DNA of 35,609 nucleotides from Alphaproteobacteria bacterium. GTDB lineage: Bacteria > Pseudomonadota > Alphaproteobacteria > Puniceispirillales > Puniceispirillaceae. Positions 27,741 through 35,412 of the stretch are shown here, piece by piece. A program made the position numbers and the translations under genes. The stretch lies in NCBI GenBank assembly GCA_011525265.1, contig WTHV01000073.1, positions 1 to 35,609 of the forward strand, in the 5' to 3' direction. Numbering within the stretch: the first letter of the stretch is position 1; each line of letters opens with the position of its first letter. The notes beneath the pieces were generated by a model. That model was not told where the DNA came from, made no database searches, and worked only from the letters and a program-made list of their open reading frames with translations.

Positions 27741-28067
27741 CTACCCGCGATTATCATCTGCTGATTGCGCATCATCGACAGCTGGTGCTGATAATGTTTG
27801 CAAACATTGCACATTGATAAGATCAACACGTCTGCCATCATATTGAATGAAAACCGTGTTACATTCATCATTGGCAGCTTTGTTGATAATATCATTATAA
27901 ATCTGAGCTGAAGCTTGCCCCGCACCACGCTCAATGCCAAGGCGAAGGCCTGAATCATAGACATTATTTTGCAAATAAGACCAGCCTATAAGCAAGAATG
28001 CCATTAGTGAAATCACAAACCAGCCAATCAAAAAAACTGTGACAAGATTTAATCCTTCGCGAAACAT
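27741..28067 (-). CDS. small N-terminally membrane-anchored protein of unknown function, 108 aa, between tpsB and tpsA
   Basis: The track ORF begins at TTG 28091. ATG 28067 is preceded by GAGGTAGAAGAG and is preferred. The sequence is MFREGLNLVTVFLIGWFVISLMAFLLIGWSY, then a ~80-aa soluble part with two Cys (DEC...VQC) and an acidic tail. I recognise no family. Coding status rests on ORF length, the RBS and its operon position. Confidence 0.55.
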   Translation of the reverse strand: MFREGLNLVTVFLIGWFVISLMAFLLIGWSYLQNNVYDSGLRLGIERGAGQASAQIYNDIINKAANDECNTVFIQYDGRRVDLINVQCLQTLSAPAVDDAQSADDNRG

Positions 28068-28162
28068 CTCTTCTACCTCGCATTTATTCAATTATTACTA
28101 ATATTTACTAGCATAGTTTGATTCCGCATCGCAAGTTTTGCGCGATATCTCACTAACCTTTA

Positions 28163-31027
28163 TCATTGCAACCTGAAACGAGCTGATAATGAGAATTGGA
28201 AAAGCTCATCATCATAGAATTCCTTTTCCTCTTCATGCACAGAGCCATCAAGCGGTTCTGACCAATAGACATCAAAGGTTAACAGATTGAAAATAGACGG
28301 AATTTGCAGACCAACACCATAGCCAGACCAGTAATCTGCGCGGCTGCGGACTTTATATTGTGACTGCGCCATCATATGGTCAACAAAGAAATAAGGCTGT
28401 GCTGATGGCATGAAATCTGGCAAAGACACCTCTTCCCAATTTGCCAAATCTGTGCGCAATTCACCTGAGACAAAATACCCTTGATAGCCAGAGGATTCAC
28501 CAGGCTGATAGGCGCGCACTGATGAGGGGCCACCAACTGATAGAATTTCAGATGGCATATTGATCATATCTCTTGCATCAGAATAGAGAAATTTTGCCCG
28601 CCCATTAAGCGTCCATTTCTCTGATAGGAAATGAGAGGCATTGGCATCAATATCAAGTTTTTCCATCCATTTTTCGCGTTCAGGAATTTGCGTGACAATA
28701 TTCAACGCATGAATAGATGGCGCAACAGAAATAGCCGTTGTGCCATTATTAAAGCTGTATGGTATGGCGAGTGAATATTTGCGCACCTCAGATTTTGAGA
28801 GCATATCGCCCGTTACAGGCTGAACAAGGTCACTTTTACTCACCCCATAGGAGGCTGAGAGATAGAAAGAATAATCATCGCCAAAATAGACAGGCTGAGA
28901 GAATGTGGCGGCAAAAGAACTTGCTGAACCACGATAGCCGACCGTCTCTTCTGAGCCAGCAACAATTTTGGTATCAGAGTTTGATAGCGCAAGCGAAATA
29001 TTGCGCCCCTTATGGTCAAGCGGCATTGAAAAACTGCCTGACATAGAGGTTGAGCCTTTACTATCTGAGTAAGTGAAAGCTGTTTCATCATCTCTGCCAA
29101 TCAGATTATTTAAGGTAATAGACAAGGCATTTTGACGCCAATCAGATGTTTGGTTGGCATAATTATTTATCGAAACAGACGGTAATTCCACCTTATCAGG
29201 CTCTGCCACATCAACAAAAATATCTGTTTCACCAAAATCAGAACCTGGCGCTAATTCCGTCGCAAGCTTGCTTTTGTTTGATAAATTATAGGTGCGAATA
29301 GATTGCTCTAGCGCTTTGAGTGAGATGAAATCACCTTCTTTGGCGGCCAAATGCGCCAAGACAAATTCTTCTGAGAGATCATCGCGATTTTCAAGCGTAA
29401 TTTTTCCGACTGTTGCCTCGACAAGCTGAATTTGCACAACACCATCTGTGACAAGCTGTTCTGGCAATAAGGCGCGTGATAATTCGAACCCTTTGTCAAC
29501 ATAAAGCGCATTGACCCTATCCAAAATGCTCTTAATCGCCTCAAGCGTAATCGGCGTGCCAAGCACCTGTTTTCGTGCCGCACGCAATTCACTAGCTAGC
29601 AATATCGCACTTGGCGAGAAATCAATATCTGTGAATGTCTTTGGCGATGTTGCGGCAATATCAAAACCGGGGGTGAGAGAATAAGGCGGCAAATCAGGCT
29701 CAGATATGAGGGCAGGTGCCTCTGCGGCGGTTTTTTCCTCTTCTGATATGTCATCTTTTGTGGGCACATCATCAATAATAATAGCAGGCGCATCAGCTTT
29801 ATCTGCTTTATAATCAGCGACCAAATCATCTATCGCCTCTTTTATGACCTCTTTTGCATCAAGCGTATCTGCTATTTCTGGCGGGGTAGGGCGAATTTTT
29901 GGACGGGCAATAGAGACGATAATCTCATCTTTTGCCTCATCTTTATCTTGTGTGTTGATAGCCTGTTCAAGCGCGGTGACATCAAGCGTCTTATTGGCAT
30001 CATCTATGACGATATTTTCGACAACATCTGCATTTGCCACAACAGGGCGTTCACGAATAATTTGTGAAAGGCTTGCGCTTCTGGCTTGCCCTTTTTGACC
30101 ATCTTGTGATTGCGGCTCCACACGAACAGTGATTTGGGCACCAATATCTTTTGCACCAACTTCATAGCTTGGGCCATTCGCATTTGGTATGACAATATTA
30201 TCACGAAGCCAAATAAAGCGCGTATCACCCTCACTATCACCTTCATTATCATCGATAAATTGATATTGCGCTATCAGCGCTTCACCTGTTTGAGGCGTGC
30301 CGATAATGGCAAGATCTTCAATACGTGGCGGGTAATTTGCTTCCAAAATAGTGGCATTTACCTGAGCTGTACGACTATCTGCTATTTGCGCATCATTGCC
30401 TTCATAAACAAGCTGGGCTGAGAGTGATTTCCCCACATCTGCACGTTGCAAACGATAACGGCTTTTGCTTGCGCCCGTAATTGGCAAGCCATCGCGGTAC
30501 CATTGCAAACGCAACCTGCCACCTGCCTGCTGATAGGCTTGTTCATTCACCGCATAACGAGCAATCAACTCTGCATCTTCTTGGGCTGTGCCTAGAATTT
30601 CAAGAGCTGTAATAATGGTGCCTGTAGCGGGTGGGCGCAATGGCAAAAGGACTGTCATCTCAGGGGCATCAGCCATTTCAGACTTTGTTTTCACGCGCAC
30701 CGAAACCACAGTATCATCATCATTTGCGATGATAGAAATCTGTGTAACATCTATGCCTTGCGCCTTTAATTTAACAGCCAACGTCTCTGTAATATCTGCC
30801 AAATAAGATGACCGCACACAACCCGTCGAAAGCACATTTGATAAGGCACTCTGCTGTTCACTTGACCATGCGAAATTATGATGTATTTGAATATAGCGTG
30901 GCAGGATATCACAATCAGATGCCGCAAATGCCTGTGAAGGCGCCATGAATAACGGTGCAACCAGCATTGCCATGGCAAGTAGGGAGACCTGTATAAAAGC
31001 CAGCTTCCCTAGCCATTTTTGCCTCAT
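28163..31027 (-). CDS. TpsB-type outer-membrane transporter (ShlB/FhaC/HecB family) with long N-terminal extension, 954 aa
   Basis: The ORF is trimmed from TTG 31048 to ATG 31027. The signal peptide is MRQKWLGKLAFIQVSLLAMAMLVAPLFMAPSQAFA/AS. From about residue 465 it has a POTRA-like region (LEAIKSILDRVNALYVDKGFELSRALLPEQLVTDGVVQIQLVEATVGKITLEN) followed by a beta-barrel region. The barrel region includes SINNYANQTSD, NLIGRDDE and the L6-type motif GGPSSVRAYQPGE (VRGY-like). Confidence 0.85.
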   Translation of the reverse strand: MRQKWLGKLAFIQVSLLAMAMLVAPLFMAPSQAFAASDCDILPRYIQIHHNFAWSSEQQSALSNVLSTGCVRSSYLADITETLAVKLKAQGIDVTQISIIANDDDTVVSVRVKTKSEMADAPEMTVLLPLRPPATGTIITALEILGTAQEDAELIARYAVNEQAYQQAGGRLRLQWYRDGLPITGASKSRYRLQRADVGKSLSAQLVYEGNDAQIADSRTAQVNATILEANYPPRIEDLAIIGTPQTGEALIAQYQFIDDNEGDSEGDTRFIWLRDNIVIPNANGPSYEVGAKDIGAQITVRVEPQSQDGQKGQARSASLSQIIRERPVVANADVVENIVIDDANKTLDVTALEQAINTQDKDEAKDEIIVSIARPKIRPTPPEIADTLDAKEVIKEAIDDLVADYKADKADAPAIIIDDVPTKDDISEEEKTAAEAPALISEPDLPPYSLTPGFDIAATSPKTFTDIDFSPSAILLASELRAARKQVLGTPITLEAIKSILDRVNALYVDKGFELSRALLPEQLVTDGVVQIQLVEATVGKITLENRDDLSEEFVLAHLAAKEGDFISLKALEQSIRTYNLSNKSKLATELAPGSDFGETDIFVDVAEPDKVELPSVSINNYANQTSDWRQNALSITLNNLIGRDDETAFTYSDSKGSTSMSGSFSMPLDHKGRNISLALSNSDTKIVAGSEETVGYRGSASSFAATFSQPVYFGDDYSFYLSASYGVSKSDLVQPVTGDMLSKSEVRKYSLAIPYSFNNGTTAISVAPSIHALNIVTQIPEREKWMEKLDIDANASHFLSEKWTLNGRAKFLYSDARDMINMPSEILSVGGPSSVRAYQPGESSGYQGYFVSGELRTDLANWEEVSLPDFMPSAQPYFFVDHMMAQSQYKVRSRADYWSGYGVGLQIPSIFNLLTFDVYWSEPLDGSVHEEEKEFYDDELFQFSLSARFRLQ

Positions 31028-31269
31028 ATTTCTTAAAAAAAACAACAAATTAACCGTTTTCTTGGCAAGAAAATAAACCGCTAGAAATGCCCGTTAAGGT
31101 CAAAATACTAGACTATGATTAAGTTTATGCTAAAGTTTAGTCCAATTGGCAAGTTTCACCTTTTGAAATATATCAAAATTATGATGCAAAATCGCAAGAC
31201 TGATTGTGCTAATTGGATAGCGATAAAGCTAGAAATAGAGCCTATATTATTAGTTTAAGAGAGACTTTC

Positions 31270-32145
31270 ATGACGAACCGCTCTGACATGCACGATGCTG
31301 AGACAAGCCTTAACGCTGTGTACCAAGGCGCATCACACTGTCCCTCTTGCGGTGATTTAGGAGAATTTGATTTACCTGCTGAAAGCGGCACATTTCAAAT
31401 CGCTTGTTTTGCGTGTGAGCATATTTACGAAATTGACGCAACGCACGCCATTGCCTCATCAGATTCCTCATCAGATCCCTCATCAGATTCCGCAGCTGAA
31501 ACAGCGCCTGACACGACATCTGAAGAAGACACCCAGCCTCTTACTATCCGATGTCTTGATTGTGGTGGTGCTATTGAACTATCAGATAATTTGGATGATG
31601 ACGCTGATATTCAGTGCCCACATTGCATGAGTGATGATGACAATACAAAGTCAGATAGCGATGATGTAACGTCACGTTTCACCACGCCAGCACTTGATGA
31701 TTATAAATCCATCCGGACACGCAAGACAGGCATTGTCTTAGTGTCTATTTTGTCAGCTGGCCTTGTCATAGCGGCAGGCAGTTTGGCTCTTGGCCTCTAT
31801 TTCCTGACCCTTCGCACCGATTCAGATATCACCCGCTATATTGAGACCACCATTTTACAGCTTGCACCGGCAGAATTTACCGTTGAACAAGCCGCTTATG
31901 AGATTAGCGACACAGATTTAGGTACCTCATTGCTCGTGACTATTACGCTCAGTAATTCTGGTGATGTTGAAGGGGCACCAGCTGAAATGAAGGTTGTTTT
32001 AACAGACGCTGATAATAATCAGCTTGTCTCATGGCCGCTTGATACAGCAGGTCAAATTATTGCACCCGGACAATCAGCACAGCTTTATACACGGTTATTT
32101 GAGCCACCTGCTGATTTTACCAATTTGCAAGTCTTCGTGCGCTAA
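31270..32145 (+). CDS. double zinc-ribbon / single-TM / DUF3426-like membrane protein, 291 aa
   Basis: The track ORF starts at TTG 31213. ATG 31270 has AAGAGAG upstream and is preferred. There are two CxxC...CxxC ribbons (CPSCG...CFACE; CLDCGG...CPHC), an acidic Ser/Asp linker and one TM helix (GIVLVSILSAGLVIAAGSLALGLYFLTL). The C-terminal ~100 aa follow the usual zinc-finger + DUF3426 architecture. The family name is from memory. Confidence 0.7.
   Translation: MTNRSDMHDAETSLNAVYQGASHCPSCGDLGEFDLPAESGTFQIACFACEHIYEIDATHAIASSDSSSDPSSDSAAETAPDTTSEEDTQPLTIRCLDCGGAIELSDNLDDDADIQCPHCMSDDDNTKSDSDDVTSRFTTPALDDYKSIRTRKTGIVLVSILSAGLVIAAGSLALGLYFLTLRTDSDITRYIETTILQLAPAEFTVEQAAYEISDTDLGTSLLVTITLSNSGDVEGAPAEMKVVLTDADNNQLVSWPLDTAGQIIAPGQSAQLYTRLFEPPADFTNLQVFVR
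31456..31491 (+). repeat. 12-bp tandem repeat x3 (tcatcagattcc / tcatcagatccc / tcatcagattcc), in frame, encoding SSDS-SSDP-SSDS
   Basis: Read directly from the sequence. There is one mismatch in the middle unit. The repeat lies in the acidic linker of the zinc-ribbon protein. Confidence 0.9.
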
Positions 32146-32166
32146 GCACCGCGCTTAACGCGGGGC
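32146..32166. terminator. possible bidirectional stem-loop between convergent genes (weak)
   Basis: GCACCGCG (32146-32153) pairs with CGCGGGGC (32159-32166): 8 bp with one A:G mismatch and a perfect CCGCG/CGCGG core. The loop is CTTAA. It sits between the TAA of the plus-strand gene (32143-32145) and the minus-strand gene, and it contains that gene's stop codon (32155-32157). No flanking U-tract is present, so intrinsic-terminator function is doubtful. Confidence 0.25.
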
Positions 32167-32988
32167 ACATATCAGCGGATTACAGATAAGATCCTCACGC
32201 CAATTTGGTGAATTGCGCAATGGTGCTAGCCTCTTGGCAAGCGCTGAAAGGCGCGCTGCACGGGCATCATCTGGCGGGTGTGTGCTGGTAAATAAGTTGA
32301 ATTTTGCTCTATTTTTTACCTCGGATAGACGATACCAAATCTCGGCCGCTTTATCGGGATCATAGCCGGCAAGCGTGGCATATAACAGCCCCACCAAATC
32401 TGCCTCATATTCCGATTCAATCGCATAAAAGCCTGTCAAGGCTGATAGGCTGTCATGATCATGCGCTAAATTCACCACATCACGGCTCACAGCCTCAAGC
32501 GCGTGCGAGGTTGCAATATGCGCAATCTCATGACCAATGATAATCGCAAGGCCATCATCAGATAGGCTCTGTGTCAAACCTGTGTAAAAAACAATTTCCG
32601 CGCCGCCCAATGTATAGGCTTGGAAAATATCACGCTCAATCAGCAAAGGGGTAAGCGTCATATCAGCTAAGTGAGAGCGCGCCTGCACCTTGGCAAATAT
32701 CTCAGCCAGCCTTTGTGCGCGCGGATCACTCGCGTCAACGACGTCAAAACCTTGCCAGCGATATTGTGCAAGCTTTTCTTCCAAGGCTTGTTTTGCAATG
32801 GCATTTTGTGTGATTTGATCACGCAAATGCAACACGCTCTCAGCAGTAACGCGATCTTGGCGCAAAGGCACAGAAGCAGCAGCTTTTACAGGGCTTGGCG
32901 TGACGCCAACAGGTTCAATCTGAATGCCAGATTGACACGCACCAAGCACCAAAATGCTTACCCATAAAGCTGTCATACGCCTTAACAT
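32155..32988 (-). CDS. M48-family zinc metallopeptidase, probable lipoprotein, 277 aa
   Basis: The ATG at 32988 immediately follows the TTG used by the track. The sequence has a lipobox-like VLGAC, the HExxH motif GHEIAHI and a downstream STHPPDDAR typical of M48. Confidence 0.8.
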   Translation of the reverse strand: MLRRMTALWVSILVLGACQSGIQIEPVGVTPSPVKAAASVPLRQDRVTAESVLHLRDQITQNAIAKQALEEKLAQYRWQGFDVVDASDPRAQRLAEIFAKVQARSHLADMTLTPLLIERDIFQAYTLGGAEIVFYTGLTQSLSDDGLAIIIGHEIAHIATSHALEAVSRDVVNLAHDHDSLSALTGFYAIESEYEADLVGLLYATLAGYDPDKAAEIWYRLSEVKNRAKFNLFTSTHPPDDARAARLSALAKRLAPLRNSPNWREDLICNPLICAPR

Positions 32989-33006
32989 CAAAAGACACCA
33001 ATAGCG

Positions 33007-33969
33007 CTATGCACGCCCTGTTGGGACGACTTCATAACCAGGCTCTTCTGGCTCATCATCAAGGATTTCAGCAGGGAAGCCGGATGCTGTGACATCAAGA
33101 CCAGATTGTTCTTCATATTTTTTGATAATATTTGGCGATAATTCACGCGGGCCATATTTTTCGATAGCTTGTTTGAACATTTTGACAAGCATGGGCGATA
33201 ATTCAAGATCAAGCCCTGCGCGCTTTGCGACCTCATCAAATAGGCCAATATCTTTTAGCACCAAATCCATTGTGAAATTAATATCGCGGCTACCATTTAG
33301 AATGACTTGGCTTTCGGTTTCATGCACAAAGCTATTGCCGCTTGAAATCTTAATGGCCTCAAAAGAGGTATTCAAATCCATGCCAGCTGCCTTACAGGTG
33401 GCAAGCGCTTCAGAGACAGACACAAGATTGGCCGTGGCAAGATAATTGGTGACCACTTTTAACACAGACGCAGAGCCTAATTCACCTGTATGCAAAACAC
33501 GGCGCCCCATCTTTGTCAGAAAAGGCAACATTTTCTCGAATACTGCACGCTCACAACCAGCGAAAATCGCAATATTTCCTGTTGCTGCGCGATGACAACC
33601 ACCAGAGACAGGGCAATCAACCGCATGACCACCGCGCTCTTGTACTATTCTACCAAGGCGTTTGACTTCTGCCTCATCTGTTGTGCTCATCTCTGCCCAA
33701 ATCATGCCAGCACGCATACCAGCCAAAATACCATCATCAGCTTCCATCACAGCCGCAGAAATGGCAGGTGATGGCAAGCAGGTGATAATGATATCGCAAT
33801 TTTGCGCCATCTCTTTGGGACTCTCAGCCCATTTTGCGCCCGCATCAAGTAGAGGTTGAGCCGCCGCCTTATCCAGATCACGGATCGTCAAATCAACCTT
33901 ATTGCGTAATAAGGTGCCTGCTAATTTTGCCCCAACATTACCAAGGCCAATGAAACCAATTGATGCCAT
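33007..33969 (-). CDS. NAD(P)-dependent beta-hydroxyacid dehydrogenase (3-hydroxyisobutyrate / 6-phosphogluconate dehydrogenase-like family), 320 aa
   Basis: AAGGA lies upstream of ATG 33969. The sequence has the Rossmann motif IGFIGLGNVGAKLA and the family core VDCPVSGG...LGSASVLKVVTNYL. An acidic C-terminal tail is present. The substrate cannot be predicted from the sequence. Confidence 0.8.
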   Translation of the reverse strand: MASIGFIGLGNVGAKLAGTLLRNKVDLTIRDLDKAAAQPLLDAGAKWAESPKEMAQNCDIIITCLPSPAISAAVMEADDGILAGMRAGMIWAEMSTTDEAEVKRLGRIVQERGGHAVDCPVSGGCHRAATGNIAIFAGCERAVFEKMLPFLTKMGRRVLHTGELGSASVLKVVTNYLATANLVSVSEALATCKAAGMDLNTSFEAIKISSGNSFVHETESQVILNGSRDINFTMDLVLKDIGLFDEVAKRAGLDLELSPMLVKMFKQAIEKYGPRELSPNIIKKYEEQSGLDVTASGFPAEILDDEPEEPGYEVVPTGRA

Positions 33970-34005
33970 ATCTCATCCTTACATGAACGGCGCGTGCTAA
34001 CCTTT

Positions 34006-35412
34006 TTACAGATCAACAACACGCATTGAATTTGTAGAACCAGACTTACCGAAAGGAATGCCCGCGACAACAATTATTTGTTGTCCGCTATGACCTATTT
34101 TTTCAGAAAGGACTAATTGACGCGCTTCTTCCACAGCTGTCTCATAATCTGTCTCTGCCTGCAAAAAGGAACGTGCGCCCCATAACATGCTCAGGCGGCG
34201 TTGCACGCTTTCCTCTGGCGTCATCACAATCAAAGGCACTTGCGGGCGCTCTCGCGAAACACGAACAGCTGTATTGCCAGAGGCGGTAAATACCACAAGA
34301 GCGGCGGCATCAATATCATCAGCAAGCTTTACCGCAGATTGCGCCACAGCATGATAGACAGATGGTTCAACCTGCAATTGGGCAGGGCCATCTTGCGGAT
34401 GGGCTGCGATATGGGCTTCTGTATTCGCCAAAATGCGCGACATAATAGACACAGCCTCAATCGGATAAGCGCCAGCTGCCGTCTCTGCCGATAGCATCAC
34501 CGTATCCGCCCCATCAAACACCGCATTGGCTACATCAGATGCCTCAGCTCTTGTGGGGGTTGGCGCTTCAATCATTGATTCAAGCATTTGGGTTGCGACC
34601 ACCACCGGCTTGCCAACTTGGCGACATTTGCGAAGGAGACGTTTTTGGACTGATGGCACCACCTCAGCAGGCAATTCAACACCCAAATCACCACGGGCAA
34701 TCATAATCGCATCACTAGCGGCGATAATATCGTCAATATCATCAAGCGCGGCAGGCTTTTCAATTTTTGATAAGACAAAAGCACGCCCTTTAATCGAGGC
34801 TTTGGCCTCAATCACATCAGAGGCGCGCTGAACAAATGACAGCGCAACACCGTCAACGCCTTGTTCAAGTGCAAAATCCAAATCTGCCAAATCTTTGGTC
34901 GTTAACGGCTTTGTATCAAGCACAACATCAGGGACATTCACCCCTTTTCGGCTTTTTAAGGGGCCACCTGTTTTCACAATAGCCGTAAAGTGGCGATTAT
35001 CAACTTTGGTGACTGTTAGGCGCAATTTGCCATCATCCATCAAAATTGTCGTCTTTGGCAGAATCACACGAAAAATATCTTCATGCGGCAAGTGAACGCG
35101 CTGATTATCGCCTTCAACCTCATCAAGTGTAAAAATAAATTCTTGGCCTTCTTCTAAGATAATGCCGTCCTTGACAACGCCAATACGATATTTTGGGCCT
35201 TGCAAATCAGCTAGGATGCCAATGGGCTTTCCTGTTTTTTGTGACACAGCGCGCACCGCTTGTACTCTTTTGGCATGATCGGCCTGACTGCCATGGCTAA
35301 AGTTCAGTCGCACCATGTTAACGCCTGATTCTACTAGCTTTTCTAGCATTTCTTCAGTGCCTGTATGGTCACCAATCGTCGCCAAAATTTTGGTGTAATT
35401 CACCTGCGGCAT
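34006..35412 (-). CDS. pyk: pyruvate kinase, 468 aa
   Basis: GGTGAG RBS lies upstream of ATG 35412. Characteristic motifs are TKILATIGD, MVRLNFSHG, LADLQGPKYR, MIARGDLGVE, VATQMLESM and MLSAETAAGAYP. Confidence 0.95.
   Translation of the reverse strand: MPQVNYTKILATIGDHTGTEEMLEKLVESGVNMVRLNFSHGSQADHAKRVQAVRAVSQKTGKPIGILADLQGPKYRIGVVKDGIILEEGQEFIFTLDEVEGDNQRVHLPHEDIFRVILPKTTILMDDGKLRLTVTKVDNRHFTAIVKTGGPLKSRKGVNVPDVVLDTKPLTTKDLADLDFALEQGVDGVALSFVQRASDVIEAKASIKGRAFVLSKIEKPAALDDIDDIIAASDAIMIARGDLGVELPAEVVPSVQKRLLRKCRQVGKPVVVATQMLESMIEAPTPTRAEASDVANAVFDGADTVMLSAETAAGAYPIEAVSIMSRILANTEAHIAAHPQDGPAQLQVEPSVYHAVAQSAVKLADDIDAAALVVFTASGNTAVRVSRERPQVPLIVMTPEESVQRRLSMLWGARSFLQAETDYETAVEEARQLVLSEKIGHSGQQIIVVAGIPFGKSGSTNSMRVVDL

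Noticed and set aside
27716-27964. An 82-aa minus-strand ORF overlaps the small tpsB-tpsA intergenic gene in another frame.
   Set aside because: The 27741-28067 frame has the RBS and a clean TM helix plus a soluble domain. This frame gives an M/I/L-rich string and would run into the tpsA leader.
27694-28067. The small ORF and TpsA both begin with MFRE (ATGTTTCGCGAA at 28056-28067; ATGTTTCGTGAG at 27694-27705).
   Set aside because: The match is only four residues and the similarity stops immediately after. It is most likely coincidence and too short to argue for duplication or shared regulation.
28130-28142. Two small hairpins were seen: cgcaa-gtt-ttgcg between tpsB and the small ORF, and gcgtt-gaaa-aacgc at 7377-7390.
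   Set aside because: Both have only 5-bp stems and no U-tract. They are too weak to call terminators or regulatory RNAs.
31062-31165. TTGGCAAG motifs could be sigma54 (-24/-12) promoter elements upstream of tpsB.
   Set aside because: The sequence following TGGCAA (GTTTCACCTT or GAAAATAAAC) lacks the TTGC(A/T) -12 element at the required spacing.
28759-33859. Overlapping ORFs lie inside tpsB, the zinc-ribbon gene, the M48 gene and the dehydrogenase gene: 28759-29046, 28840-29100, 29308-29592, 29596-29829, 29844-30098, 30004-30252, 30110-30421, 30588-30806, 30766-30978, 31310-31519, 31367-31630, 32304-32540, 32671-32967, 32988-33248, 33089-33445, 33490-33771 and 33662-33859. A further set lies in pyk: 34201-34494, 34526-34831 and 34895-35095.
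   Set aside because: These are shadow ORFs within genes that carry clear family motifs.
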